Shown here piece after piece: positions 17,804-28,564 of a stretch of 64,000 nt of DNA; position 1 is the stretch's first letter, and each line of letters opens with the position of its first letter. Both the position numbers and the translations under genes were made by a program. The DNA is from Prochlorococcus sp. AG-679-K21 (GTDB taxonomy: Bacteria > Cyanobacteriota > Cyanobacteriia > PCC-6307 > Cyanobiaceae): positions 12,750 through 76,749 of the forward strand of contig QCUP01000001.1 of the NCBI GenBank assembly GCA_003208885.1, in the 5' to 3' direction. The notes under the pieces were generated by a model. The model had not been told where the DNA came from. It worked only from the letters and a program-made list of their open reading frames with translations, and ran no database searches.

Positions 17804-20713
17804 ATGAATCCCATAAGTAACTCGGATTTATTTATTGATAGACATCTTGGATTGAAGGACAATGATGAAAAAAAAATGCTTCAAAAACTTGGTTTTAATA
17901 ATATAAATGAATTTATTAATCAAGTTATTCCAGAAGATATTCAGTTAAAACAAAAATATTCAGATGTCTTACCAAAAGGATGCTCTGAAATTGAGGCATT
18001 GAACGAATTAGAAGAAATATCTAATAAAAATCTTAAATTTAGATCCTTAATTGGACTTGGTTATTATGGGACACATACCCCTAAAGTTGTACAAAGGCAC
18101 GTATTAGAAAACCCTCGGTGGTACACGGCTTATACTCCTTATCAAGCAGAAATTGCCCAAGGCAGATTAGAAGCTTTGTTTAATTTTCAAACTTTAATTT
18201 GTGAATTAACAGGATTTTCTATAGCTAATGCATCGCTTTTAGATGAGGGAACAGCTGCTGCAGAAGCAATGACAATGAGTTTTTCTTCAAGGAAAAATAA
18301 GTCTTCAAATATTTTCTTAGTAGATGAAAATGTTTTTGATCATACATTTAATGTTTTATTGACAAGATCTAAACCGTTAGGAATCAATTTAAAACGTTTT
18401 AATCAAAAGTATCCTAAAAATCATGATGATGTTTTTGGCCTCTTAATTCAGCTTCCTGGTAAGAACGGAGACTTATTTGATCCAACATTTTTAATTTCCC
18501 AAGCTCATAAAGAAGAAATAGTCGTCGCATCAATTATTGATCCTCTTGCTCAAGTTTTAATAAAACCAATAGCCGAATTTGGAGTTGATATTGCTGTTGG
18601 AAGTTTGCAAAGATTTGGGGTCCCAATGGGTTTTGGTGGTCCTCATGCAGCCTTTTTTGCCTGTAGTGAAAAATATAAAAGACTTATACCAGGAAGAATC
18701 GTAGGACAAACTCTATCTAGAAACGGAGAACAATCACTTAGATTGGCATTGCAAACAAGAGAACAACATATAAGGAGAGAAAAGGCGACTAGTAATATTT
18801 GTACAGCTCAATCTTTGTTAGCAATAATATCTTCTTTTTATGCCATATATCATGGGTCTTCTGGATTAACAAAAATGGCTAAGAGGTTAGTAGTACTTAG
18901 ATGTTATCTAGAATCTTTACTGTCTGAGTTAGGTTTAAAAATACCTCTAGGGAGCAGGTTTGATAGTGTCGATATTTACTGCAAGGATTCAGAAAAGATT
19001 CATAACGAAGCATTAAAAAACGGATTTAACTTAAGAATTTTACCTTTAGGTTCAACGATTGAGAAATCTACAGGATTTGGAATTTCCCTAGATGAGCTTT
19101 CTAATGAAAACGAAATCAATAAGATAGTTACTTTCATAGCAAATGGGTTAGGAAAAAAAGAAACTTTAAAGCAGATTACACTTAATAATTGTTTTCAGTT
19201 TGAGGGCATTCCGCTAAGAAGTAAAGAATGGATGCAACAAAATATATTTGAAAATTATCAAAGTGAGACGGATTTAATGAGGTATATTTTTAAACTTGCT
19301 GAGAAAGACTTTTCACTGGTTGATGGAATGATTCCACTAGGAAGTTGTACTATGAAATTAAATTCTGCAGCAGAGCTTATTCCAATTTCATGGGCTAATT
19401 TATCGTCAATTCACCCTTTTGCTCCAGCTAATCAAACTAAGGGTTATTCAAAAATCATAAGCGATCTTGAGAAATGGATTAGTGATCTTATTGGCTTGAA
19501 GTCAGTTTCATTTCAACCAAATGCAGGATCTCAAGGTGAGTTTGCGGGTCTATTGGCAATCAATTCTTATTTTGCTTCAAAAGGCGATTTATTAAGAAAA
19601 AAATGCCTAATTCCCCAAAGTGCTCATGGAACAAATCCTGCTAGCGCCGTTATGGCAGGATTTGATGTTGTAACTATAAAATGTGATTCTGAGGGTAATA
19701 TTTCTTATGAGGATTTATTAATTAAGGTACAGGAATTTGATAATAAAATTGGTGCACTTATGTTAACTTATCCCTCTACTCATGGAGTTTTTGAATTAAA
19801 AATCAGAGAAATATGTAATTTAATTCATTCAGTTGGGGCATTTGTTTATTTGGATGGGGCAAATCTCAATGCTCAGGTCGGATTGTGTAAGCCTGGAGAT
19901 TATGGCGTGGATGTATGTCATCTAAACTTACATAAAACATTTTGTATTCCTCATGGTGGCGGGGGTCCTGGAGTTGGTCCTGTTGCAACATCCGAAACTT
20001 TGAGCCCTTTCCTGCCTTCGCACTCTTTGAAAGATAACATTTCTAGTCAATTTGGTTATTCTGTATCTTCTTCAAAGCATGGAAGTGCAAGTATTCTTCC
20101 TATAAGTTGGATGTATATAAAGATGGCTGGTCAAAATGGTTTAAGAAAGGCGAGTAGTCATGCAATATTATCAGCAAATTATATTGCTGATACATTAAAA
20201 AATAAATTTAAGATTTTATATAAAGGACAAAATAATTTTGTTGCACATGAATGTATTCTTGATTTTAGAGAGTTGAAGTTAAAAACAGGTTTAAGTGTAA
20301 ATGATTTAGCTAAGAGATTAATAGATTATAGCTTTCATGCTCCAACGATAAGTTGGCCAGTTCCTGAAACTATAATGATAGAGCCTACTGAAAGTGAAAG
20401 TTTGACAGAGTTAAATAGATTTTGTGAAGCTATGCTCTTAATAAGCGAAGAAATTGAAGAAATTGAAAAGAATATTGATCTCAGAAATAATAATTTAATT
20501 AGTAATGCTCCTCATACTATAAATGAGTTAATTTCAGATAATTGGAATTATCCTTATTCAAAAGAAAAGGCTGCATATCCTTATAAAGATAAATTCGAAC
20601 ACAAATTCTGGTCCCCCGTATCAAGAATTGATAATGCTTACGGAGATAGAAATTTAATTTGTTCTTGTAATGTTAATGATCAAGATTTCTTAGATGACAA
20701 AAAATGCGCATAA
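17804..20713 (+). CDS. gcvP: Glycine dehydrogenase (P protein)
   Basis: YTAYTPYQAEIAQGRLE, REKATSNICTAQ, LNLHKTFCIPHGGGGPG. Confidence 0.98.
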   Translation: MNPISNSDLFIDRHLGLKDNDEKKMLQKLGFNNINEFINQVIPEDIQLKQKYSDVLPKGCSEIEALNELEEISNKNLKFRSLIGLGYYGTHTPKVVQRHVLENPRWYTAYTPYQAEIAQGRLEALFNFQTLICELTGFSIANASLLDEGTAAAEAMTMSFSSRKNKSSNIFLVDENVFDHTFNVLLTRSKPLGINLKRFNQKYPKNHDDVFGLLIQLPGKNGDLFDPTFLISQAHKEEIVVASIIDPLAQVLIKPIAEFGVDIAVGSLQRFGVPMGFGGPHAAFFACSEKYKRLIPGRIVGQTLSRNGEQSLRLALQTREQHIRREKATSNICTAQSLLAIISSFYAIYHGSSGLTKMAKRLVVLRCYLESLLSELGLKIPLGSRFDSVDIYCKDSEKIHNEALKNGFNLRILPLGSTIEKSTGFGISLDELSNENEINKIVTFIANGLGKKETLKQITLNNCFQFEGIPLRSKEWMQQNIFENYQSETDLMRYIFKLAEKDFSLVDGMIPLGSCTMKLNSAAELIPISWANLSSIHPFAPANQTKGYSKIISDLEKWISDLIGLKSVSFQPNAGSQGEFAGLLAINSYFASKGDLLRKKCLIPQSAHGTNPASAVMAGFDVVTIKCDSEGNISYEDLLIKVQEFDNKIGALMLTYPSTHGVFELKIREICNLIHSVGAFVYLDGANLNAQVGLCKPGDYGVDVCHLNLHKTFCIPHGGGGPGVGPVATSETLSPFLPSHSLKDNISSQFGYSVSSSKHGSASILPISWMYIKMAGQNGLRKASSHAILSANYIADTLKNKFKILYKGQNNFVAHECILDFRELKLKTGLSVNDLAKRLIDYSFHAPTISWPVPETIMIEPTESESLTELNRFCEAMLLISEEIEEIEKNIDLRNNNLISNAPHTINELISDNWNYPYSKEKAAYPYKDKFEHKFWSPVSRIDNAYGDRNLICSCNVNDQDFLDDKKCA

Positions 20714-20843
20714 AGACTAGCATTCTTCTGTTTTTTTAGTTATCGTCAATTTAAATAAAAAATTTAATAATTTCTTATAGAATTTTTTTAGATTTTTTGA
20801 TTACTATTATCAAGCATCAAATTTATTTGGGGTATTTGAAGCT

Positions 20844-21095
20844 ATGAGCAAAGATTTAAAATCTGGTAAGGTTACATCCTTGCCAATTAACAAACTCAAT
20901 CTACCAGATTTTGTAAATAATTCCTTAGGGAGTAATTCAAAGGTAAATTCTGTTGAAGGAACTAATGTAATAAGAGTACCATTTGGAAAAAGATTTCCTA
21001 AAAAACAGAGGCCAGATAAGAATCAAAATATAGCTACTTTAATACTACCAATCAATACATTTATTAATCCTTCTCCCCCACCGCATGTGGCTTAA
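20844..21095 (+). CDS. Small hypothetical protein
   Basis: 83-aa ATG ORF filling the gcvP-sqdX gap; NVIRVPFG block. Confidence 0.7.
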   Translation: MSKDLKSGKVTSLPINKLNLPDFVNNSLGSNSKVNSVEGTNVIRVPFGKRFPKKQRPDKNQNIATLILPINTFINPSPPPHVA

Positions 21096-21106
21096 TTTAC
21101 ATAAAT

Positions 21107-22240
21107 TTAGGAGATCTGTTCGAGTGTTTCTGAATAATATTTTTGTAATTGAAGAGTAGCTTGGTTCCAATCCCATTGTTCAGCTTCTTTTCTAGCTTCT
21201 CTTCTCATAGCTTCTTTTTTATTTTTATCGGCCAAGATTTTTTTAGTAGCTTCAATTAAACTTCTTTCCCCATTGTCTTTTTCGTCTGGGTCATATAAGC
21301 AACCATTTATTCCATCGTTGATAATATCTGGAATACCCCCTTTATTAGCTCCTATTACTGGGCATCCTGCAGCCATTGCTTCTAACAATACTAATCCCAG
21401 CGTTTCTGTGCTTGATGGGAATAAGAATATATCTCCAGATGCGTATGCACTGGCCAGCTCTTCACCAGATAAATAACCTATAAAGTTTGTTTTTGTGTTT
21501 TCAAAAATCTTTTCCAACTGTCCTCTGTATGGACCATCTCCTACTAAAGCGAGACACACGCCGGGTATATTATCTAAAACAGGTTTAATTCTTTCAATTT
21601 GCTTTTCTGCGGATAATCGACCTACATAAATTAAAAGTGAATCGGTATTTTGATATTTTCCAAATAATTTTTCTCTCATTTTTTCACTTCTTAACTCTGG
21701 TCTGAAGTTTTCAGTATCTACACCTCTTTGCCATAAAGCAGTCCTTTGTATTCCTTTATCTTCTAGTTCACTAACCATTGCAGTTGAGGTACAAAGATTT
21801 AATAATGCTTGATTATGAGCTGCTTTTAACAACTCCCATAAAAGTGGTTCTAACATTCCCATTCCGTAGTGTTCAAGATATTTCGGAAGATGTGTATGGT
21901 AACTTGCAATTAGAGGAATATTATTTTTTTTTGCTAGCCAGATACCTCCTAATCCAAGTACGGCTGGATTAACTACATGTACTAAGTCTGGTTTGAATGC
22001 CTCTAATTTATCAGAGACTGCAGGGCCAGGTAAGCCTAATTTTAACTCAGGGTATAAAGGTAGTGGCATTGCAGCTACTCCAACTATCGTTGCTCCTTTA
22101 TAAGAATCAGGACATCCCTCTGGACAAAAAACTATGACTTCATCACCATTTTTGGTTAGAAATTCGATGGTCTTAGTTAGTCTTGTTACAATTCCGTCAA
22201 CTTTAGGCAGAAAAGTTTCAGTAAAGAATGCTATTTTCAC
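21107..22240 (-). CDS. sqdX: Sulfoquinovosyltransferase (GT4)
   Basis: FTETFLPKVDGIV, YVGRLSAEK, ETLGLVLLEAMAAG; adjacent to sqdB; GTG start. Confidence 0.92.
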   Translation of the reverse strand: MKIAFFTETFLPKVDGIVTRLTKTIEFLTKNGDEVIVFCPEGCPDSYKGATIVGVAAMPLPLYPELKLGLPGPAVSDKLEAFKPDLVHVVNPAVLGLGGIWLAKKNNIPLIASYHTHLPKYLEHYGMGMLEPLLWELLKAAHNQALLNLCTSTAMVSELEDKGIQRTALWQRGVDTENFRPELRSEKMREKLFGKYQNTDSLLIYVGRLSAEKQIERIKPVLDNIPGVCLALVGDGPYRGQLEKIFENTKTNFIGYLSGEELASAYASGDIFLFPSSTETLGLVLLEAMAAGCPVIGANKGGIPDIINDGINGCLYDPDEKDNGERSLIEATKKILADKNKKEAMRREARKEAEQWDWNQATLQLQKYYSETLEQIS

Positions 22241-22268
22241 TTTTTTAAGTTAGATATTCAAACAATTT

Positions 22269-23462
22269 TTAATTAGTTTTTATTGCTTTAGCCTGTTTCT
22301 TTGTCCACGTTGAAATACAAGGAATTCTTTTTTTATCACATCTCATAGAGTATTTTTTAGCTACTTCAACAACTTCTTCTAATAAGCCATTATCAAGAGT
22401 GGTGGGATTAAGCCCCAATTCTATGAAACATTTATTATCAACTATTAAGTCATTCTCTACGGCTTCATTTCGAGGATTTGGTAAATAATTAATTTCTGCT
22501 CCAGTAAGAGAAGCAACTTTTTTAGCTAATTCGCCAACCTGATGACTTTCTGTCATTTGATTGAAAATTTTAACTCGTTCACCAGATTGTGGAGGATTTT
22601 CTAGAGCTAATTGAACGCATTTTACTGAATCTTTTATATGTATAAAAGCTCTTGTTTGCCCTCCTGTCCCATGAACAGTAAGTGGATATCCGATAGCTGC
22701 TTGCATGAGAAATCTATTCAGCACAGTACCGTAATCACCGTCATAATCGAATCTATTTGTCAATCTTGGATCTTTTAATGTAGTTTCTGTATTTGTGCCC
22801 CAAACAATCCCTTGATGTAAATCTGTAATTCTAATTAGGTCGTTTTTATTGTAATAAAGAAATAATAATTGATCTAACGTCTTCGTCATATGATAAACGC
22901 TGCCAGGACTGGCAGGATGAAGAATTTCTTCTTCAAAACGACTTCCATCAGGTTGAGGTACTTCAACTTTTAAATAACCTTCAGGAATTGTTGCGCCTCT
23001 ATGTGATCCATATCCATATACCCCCATAGTTCCTAAATGAACAATATGAATATCTAAATTACTTTCTACAATTGCAGCAAGTAAATTGTGTGTACCATTT
23101 ACATTATTATCAACTGTATATCTTTTTGTATAACTTGATTTCATTGAGTAAGGCGCAGCCCTTTGTTCAGCAAAATGTACAATCGAATCTGGTTTTTCCT
23201 CAATAAGTAAATTTAGTAATTTTTGATATTGTTTAGAAAGATCAATATTGATAAATTTTATTGGTTTCCCACCGGTTTCTTCCCATGCAGAAAGTCTTTC
23301 ATTTATTGAAGCAATTGGAGTTAACGATTCCACTTCAAGATCAATATCTATTTTTCTGCGACTTAGGTTGTCAACTATAATAACTTCATGATTTTGTTCT
23401 GCTAAATTCACCGCACAAGGCCAACCGCAAAAACCATCTCCGCCAAGAACAATTACTTTCAC
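22269..23462 (-). CDS. sqdB: UDP-sulfoquinovose synthase
   Basis: GGDGFCGWP, HFAEQRAAPYSM, LGTMGVYG, YHMTK, RFDYDGDYGTVLNRF. Confidence 0.96.
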   Translation of the reverse strand: MKVIVLGGDGFCGWPCAVNLAEQNHEVIIVDNLSRRKIDIDLEVESLTPIASINERLSAWEETGGKPIKFINIDLSKQYQKLLNLLIEEKPDSIVHFAEQRAAPYSMKSSYTKRYTVDNNVNGTHNLLAAIVESNLDIHIVHLGTMGVYGYGSHRGATIPEGYLKVEVPQPDGSRFEEEILHPASPGSVYHMTKTLDQLLFLYYNKNDLIRITDLHQGIVWGTNTETTLKDPRLTNRFDYDGDYGTVLNRFLMQAAIGYPLTVHGTGGQTRAFIHIKDSVKCVQLALENPPQSGERVKIFNQMTESHQVGELAKKVASLTGAEINYLPNPRNEAVENDLIVDNKCFIELGLNPTTLDNGLLEEVVEVAKKYSMRCDKKRIPCISTWTKKQAKAIKTN

Positions 23463-23631
23463 TCAAAACTCCAGAATTGAAAATGTCATTTTATATTTAT
23501 TAAATTACTACAGAGTGCTTCCAAAATGCGAAAAAAGATTGTAAAAAGTTTCAAATCTTTTCTCTTTAATTAACAAATTGGTTATTATTCCAATTTTTTT
23601 AATATTAAAATTTATTTTTTAAAGAATCAAA

Positions 23632-24429
23632 TTACTTTATTGATATGTTTTTTTCAGGTGAACTTGCACTAGCTAACTTCTGCCTTTCAATTCTTCCAGC
23701 TAAAAAAGCCTCTCTCCCAGCCTTTACACCATAATTCATCGCTTTAGCCATTTTTAATGGGTTTTGAGCTAATGCGATAGCACTATTGATTAAAACTCCG
23801 TCTGCTCCAAGTTCCATAGCCTGAGAAGCTTCACTAGGTACACCTATGCCGGCATCAATTATTACTGGAATATTAGAATTTTCAATAATTATGGATATAT
23901 TAGACAAATTCAAAAGGCCTTGACCCGAGCCAATAGGTGACCCTAATGGCATTACAGTTGAACAACCTATCTCTTCTAACTTTTTAGCTAATATTGGATC
24001 AGCATTGATATATGGTAGAACAATGAAATCTTTTTTTATCAATATTTCAGCTGCTTTTAGGGTTTCAATAGGATCTGGTAATAAATATTTTTTATCAGGA
24101 ATTACTTCTAATTTGACGAAATTATTTTCTTCTTGACCTGACAATTTTGCAAGTTCTCTTCCTAACATTGCTATTCTTATTGCTTCGTCTGAATTGGTGC
24201 AACCAGCAGTATTAGGAAGCATCCAGAATTTTCCCCAGTCAATTTTTTCTAGTAAATTTTCACCACTTTGATTATTTTGAATTCTTCTTACTGCGACAGT
24301 GACTATTTCAGATTCAGTATTCGCTAAACTTTCTATCATTACTTCCGAAGACGTATATTTTCCTGTGCCAACCATTAATCTACTTGAGAAGCTTTTATCT
24401 CCAATTTGCAAGGAGGAATCTTTTTTCAT
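23632..24429 (-). CDS. thiG: Thiazole synthase
   Basis: [39 protein letters not shown]. Confidence 0.97.
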   Translation of the reverse strand: MKKDSSLQIGDKSFSSRLMVGTGKYTSSEVMIESLANTESEIVTVAVRRIQNNQSGENLLEKIDWGKFWMLPNTAGCTNSDEAIRIAMLGRELAKLSGQEENNFVKLEVIPDKKYLLPDPIETLKAAEILIKKDFIVLPYINADPILAKKLEEIGCSTVMPLGSPIGSGQGLLNLSNISIIIENSNIPVIIDAGIGVPSEASQAMELGADGVLINSAIALAQNPLKMAKAMNYGVKAGREAFLAGRIERQKLASASSPEKNISIK

Positions 24430-24430
24430 T

Positions 24431-24988
24431 TTAAAATCCTTTATCTTTTATTTCTTTGTAAGGGGTGTAATTATTTCTTTTTTCAAGCTCTTTAATCTTT
24501 TTAATGGCTGTTTTGTTGTTTTGATCTATTACTAAAACTTTCTTATAAGTTGCATAAGCTAAATCATATTCCAGCAATCGTTGTTGTGCGGATGCAAGAT
24601 TATTTAAAGCGACTATATAGCCGGGGAGAAATTTTATAGCTGAATTATAGTGCTTGATTGCTTGTTTAAATTCATTTTGTGCAGCATAAGAAAAACCGAG
24701 AGCATTTTCAATGATAGCTTTTGCTTCATTTGGTTCATTATCATAATATTCAATAGCTTGCAGAAAAGTCTTAGTGGCCTCTTTATATAACCTTTTTTTT
24801 ATTTGGATAGAACCAAATTCATATAATTCGGAAGCTTTTGCTAGTGATTTTAAGCCTTTTTGCTCAAATTTTACTAAACTTAGCTCATCCTTTCTTGTCC
24901 TAAGAAATTGTCGAAATACAAAAACAGATATTATTATAAGTACTACAAAAAGGATTATCAAATAAGATTTAAAGGAAGATATTTCCAT
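24431..24988 (-). CDS. ycf37: TPR protein, photosystem I assembly factor Ycf37-like
   Basis: N-terminal TM helix plus TPR repeats ([13 protein letters not shown]); lies between rplT and thiG. Confidence 0.75.
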   Translation of the reverse strand: MEISSFKSYLIILFVVLIIISVFVFRQFLRTRKDELSLVKFEQKGLKSLAKASELYEFGSIQIKKRLYKEATKTFLQAIEYYDNEPNEAKAIIENALGFSYAAQNEFKQAIKHYNSAIKFLPGYIVALNNLASAQQRLLEYDLAYATYKKVLVIDQNNKTAIKKIKELEKRNNYTPYKEIKDKGF

Positions 24989-25022
24989 TATCTATAGTAC
25001 ATTTTTTACGATTTTTTTTAAT

Positions 25023-25370
25023 TTAATTGCTTACAGTAGTAATTATTTTTTCAAAACATTCTGGATCGCTCAAGGCTAATTGTGCAAGCATTTTTCTATT
25101 GAGAATTATGTCAGAGCTCTTCATGCTATTAATTAATTTGCTGTAATTTGTGCCATTAATTCTCGCCGAGGCATTTATTCTTGATATCCAAAGTCTTCTA
25201 AAATCTCTTTTTCTTCTTCTTCTATCTCTATAAGCGTTGCAAAGAGCTTTCATTACTCTTTGATTTGCTGTTCTAAAAAGATTTTTGTTTCCTCCTCTGA
25301 AACCTTTTGCAAGATTTAAGATTTTGTTTCTTCTTTTTCTGGCTATGTTGCCTCTTTTAACGCGTGCCAT
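25023..25370 (-). CDS. rplT: 50S ribosomal protein L20
   Basis: [29 protein letters not shown]. Confidence 0.98.
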   Translation of the reverse strand: MARVKRGNIARKRRNKILNLAKGFRGGNKNLFRTANQRVMKALCNAYRDRRRRKRDFRRLWISRINASARINGTNYSKLINSMKSSDIILNRKMLAQLALSDPECFEKIITTVSN

Positions 25371-25400
25371 AAATTTATTTTGAAAGTAACTTGAATACTC

Positions 25401-25598
25401 TTAAGCGTAGGGAATCATTAATTTTACATTATCAGCATCTCTTTCATCAACAACAGCTTTTGTTTTAAGATGTCTTTTTACTTTTGAGCTTTTATGATCT
25501 AGTAAATGATTATGGAAAGCTCTTCTTCTTGTAAATTTACCCGTAGCAGTAGCTTTAAATCTTTTTGCTGCTGATTTACGAGTTTTTAGTTTAGACAT
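25401..25598 (-). CDS. rpmI: 50S ribosomal protein L35
   Basis: [18 protein letters not shown]; upstream of rplT. Confidence 0.97.
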   Translation of the reverse strand: MSKLKTRKSAAKRFKATATGKFTRRRAFHNHLLDHKSSKVKRHLKTKAVVDERDADNVKLMIPYA

Positions 25599-25689
25599 TT
25601 CCCTAGATAATGTTTAATTTAGGTAATCTAAACCTTTATATGCATTGGTGCAAATTAAAGTTTTGAATTGAAAAGGTAATGTCGAAGTA

Positions 25690-27228
25690 ATGATGCGCAA
25701 AATGAACTTAAAATTTCTGATTTATGGATGTTGGTTATTTTGTTCAATTAATCCAATATTGACATTAAATAGCTTTGCAGAAGAATCTTCAAAAATAAAT
25801 CTCACTCAAGAATTAAAAAAAGGTAATTTTTTAATTGGATTAAAACAACACTTAGGAGCTAAGAGTGATAACTTTAAAGAAAAAAATAATATTACTTTTA
25901 CTACAAAAAAAGATTTTTTAAAACTCCATTCTATTAATGGTGTAAAACACAAATCCAAAAGAATCAATATTGTGTTGAAGAAAATAACCTTGAAATCCCC
26001 TTCGACTATTGAAAGAGTAGTATTTGGTCCATTTGCAAGCTATGAATCCGCAGTTAAGCAAGCTGAAAAATTAAAAGAAAAAGGTTATAAAGCTCTAGTA
26101 GCCTTTCCCAAAAATTGGGAAGTTTGGATTCCATTGGGTAAAAACCTTCCTGATAAAAAATTAAACTATAAATTGTTTAAGAAATCCTACAAGTCAACAA
26201 TTACCCCTTTCCTTGTTACTGAATACTCGCAACATAAACTTCAAGGTCCGATATATATATCTTCATCTGAAGAGATAAAAATTAACGGTATTAATTTTGG
26301 TAAAAAGTTTTATTTAGCTAAAGATTCATATGGAACTTGGACGTTGATTCAGAAAATCAAATTTGATGATTACTTAAAAGGTGTTTTACCACATGAAATT
26401 GGCTCTAATTCACCTTCAGAAGCATTGAAAGCACAAGCAGTAATCGCTAGAACTTGGGCACTTTATAATTCTGATAGATTTAAAATCGATAAATATCATT
26501 TATGTATTTCTACTCAATGCCAAGTTTATAAACCTCCTGTGATTGAATATAAAAATGTACATAAAGCGATACAAGATACTTCAAATTTAATAATCACTTA
26601 TAAAAAGAAACCAATTAATTCCTTTTATCATGGATCTAATGGAGGTATATCAGCTAGTGCAAGTGAATCTTGGCAAATAAAAGATTATCCTTATCTTAAT
26701 TCAATGATTGATGGTTTAGATTCTTTAAGAAAATCCTTTAAACTTCCAATCAATAGCGGGGATGAATTAAATAAATTCCTAGAGTTTGCAGATGAAAAAG
26801 TATATGGTAATGAGCATTCCCTTTTTCGATGGGAGAAAATAATCTCTAATGAGGTAATCCAAAATAATTTAGTAAAAAATCAACTGATAGAGGAGAAATT
26901 AGATTTGGTTGATCTAAATATTATTGATAGAGGTTCCAGTGGAAGAGTAATAAAATTAGAAATTAAGCTAAAAAATTATAAGAAATCAATAGTTCTTATA
27001 AAAGATGATATCCGTAGAATATTGAGTTTTTTGCCAAGTAATTTATTTACAATTAATAAATTAAATGATAATCTTTGGATTTTTAAAGGGGGTGGCTTCG
27101 GTCATGGTGTAGGTTTATCTCAATCAGGAGCGATAGAAATGGCTGAATTGGGTTTTACTTATGAACAAATATTGAATCATTATTATCAGGGAACAAAAAT
27201 TAAAAAAATTGAGATATTGTCTCAATAA
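25690..27228 (+). CDS. SpoIID/LytB domain peptidoglycan lytic enzyme
   Basis: Signal peptide; YLKGVLPHE, EALKAQAVIARTWA, CQVY, GGGFGHGVGLSQSGA, ILNHYY. Confidence 0.88.
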   Translation: MMRKMNLKFLIYGCWLFCSINPILTLNSFAEESSKINLTQELKKGNFLIGLKQHLGAKSDNFKEKNNITFTTKKDFLKLHSINGVKHKSKRINIVLKKITLKSPSTIERVVFGPFASYESAVKQAEKLKEKGYKALVAFPKNWEVWIPLGKNLPDKKLNYKLFKKSYKSTITPFLVTEYSQHKLQGPIYISSSEEIKINGINFGKKFYLAKDSYGTWTLIQKIKFDDYLKGVLPHEIGSNSPSEALKAQAVIARTWALYNSDRFKIDKYHLCISTQCQVYKPPVIEYKNVHKAIQDTSNLIITYKKKPINSFYHGSNGGISASASESWQIKDYPYLNSMIDGLDSLRKSFKLPINSGDELNKFLEFADEKVYGNEHSLFRWEKIISNEVIQNNLVKNQLIEEKLDLVDLNIIDRGSSGRVIKLEIKLKNYKKSIVLIKDDIRRILSFLPSNLFTINKLNDNLWIFKGGGFGHGVGLSQSGAIEMAELGFTYEQILNHYYQGTKIKKIEILSQ

Positions 27229-27258
27229 TTAAAATTAAGAATTTTAAACTTAGCATTT

Positions 27259-28560
27259 ATGAATAACGGTTTTTATAAAAATCGAAGATTAAAATCAGTT
27301 TTCTTTTTTGCTGTTTGTTTATTTGTAAGCACTATTCCTCATATCTTTCAATTCAAATATTTTTTATTTTTTACACTCACGATTTCCTTTTTAGTTGCTT
27401 GTTATGGATTAAATGTAATTTCAAAAAACATAAAAAGAAGTGTTATTTCTCAGAATAATAAAAAGATAATTAGTGATGATAAGTTACCTTCTCTCGATAT
27501 TTTAGTTGCTGCAAGAGATGAAGAGAATGTTATTGAAAGATTAGTTGAAAGATTATTTAATTTAAATTATCCAACTAATAAATTAAATATTTATATCATT
27601 GATGATGGTAGTTCTGATAAGACTCCTTTAATTCTGGAAAGGTTATCGAAAGAGTTTGATAAATTAAAAATTATAAGTAGATCTGCAAATGCTGGAGGTG
27701 GTAAATCAGGAGCATTAAATTATGCTTTAAAGTTCACACACGGAGAATGGCTATTAATATTAGATGCTGATGCTCAATTGAAAAATGATACTTTACCAAG
27801 ACTATTTAGTTTCGTTTATGAGGGATCTTGGTCAGCAGTTCAATTAAGAAAATCTGTCATAAATGTAAGTAAGAATTTTTTAACGATTTGTCAATCTATG
27901 GAAATGGCAATGGATGCAATTTTTCAATATGGAAGATTATCTGTGGCTGGAGTATCTGAATTGAGAGGTAATGGTCAATTAATTAATAAAGAAGTTCTGC
28001 TTAAATGTGGTTCGTTCAATGAAGATACAGTTACTGATGACTTGGATTTAAGTCTTAGGCTTTTACTGTCTAAAGCTAAAATTGGGATTCTATGGGATCC
28101 TCCTGTTATGGAAGAAGCAGTTGAAAATATATCTGCTCTATTTTCACAAAGACAAAGATGGGCCGAAGGAGGTTTGCAAAGATTTTTTGATTATGGCGAG
28201 CAATTATTTTCAAAAAAAATTGAACTTATTCAGAAGTTTGATTTAACCTTTTTCTTTATCTTGCAATATGCCTTGCCTATTATATCTATGATTGATTTAA
28301 TTTTAAGTATTGCTTTAGCGGAATCACCCAAGTATTGGCCAATCTCCATAACAGCATTTACTTTGTCGGGAATTGCAGTTTGGTTTGGCTCTTCATGTAA
28401 GAGTGAGGGTCCAGTTTTGCAAAATCTCAATTTGATGATGATGTTAGTTTCTCTTTTATATCTATCTCATTGGTTTTTAGTTATACCATGGGTAACAATA
28501 AAAATGTCTATTTTTCCTAAAAAGATCCTCTGGAAGAAAACACTTCATACTGGTGTTTAA
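27259..28560 (+). CDS. GT2 membrane glycosyltransferase, probable monoglucosyldiacylglycerol synthase (MgdA-like)
   Basis: D,D,D,QxxRW signature: DDGSSD, GKSGALN, DAD, TDDLDL, QRQRWAEGG; ELRGNGQ; flanking TM helices. Confidence 0.8.
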   Translation: MNNGFYKNRRLKSVFFFAVCLFVSTIPHIFQFKYFLFFTLTISFLVACYGLNVISKNIKRSVISQNNKKIISDDKLPSLDILVAARDEENVIERLVERLFNLNYPTNKLNIYIIDDGSSDKTPLILERLSKEFDKLKIISRSANAGGGKSGALNYALKFTHGEWLLILDADAQLKNDTLPRLFSFVYEGSWSAVQLRKSVINVSKNFLTICQSMEMAMDAIFQYGRLSVAGVSELRGNGQLINKEVLLKCGSFNEDTVTDDLDLSLRLLLSKAKIGILWDPPVMEEAVENISALFSQRQRWAEGGLQRFFDYGEQLFSKKIELIQKFDLTFFFILQYALPIISMIDLILSIALAESPKYWPISITAFTLSGIAVWFGSSCKSEGPVLQNLNLMMMLVSLLYLSHWFLVIPWVTIKMSIFPKKILWKKTLHTGV

Positions 28561-28564
28561 ATTA

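Noticed and set aside
23530-23565. Imperfect inverted repeat / GTA-containing site upstream of sqdB as an NtcA or Pho box
   Set aside because: Does not fit GTA-N8-TAC or tandem Pho repeats; AT-rich and weak.
24995-25011. TAGTACA-TT-TTTACGA resembles a cyanobacterial LexA box
   Set aside because: The right half has two mismatches and the downstream gene (ycf37) is not an SOS gene.
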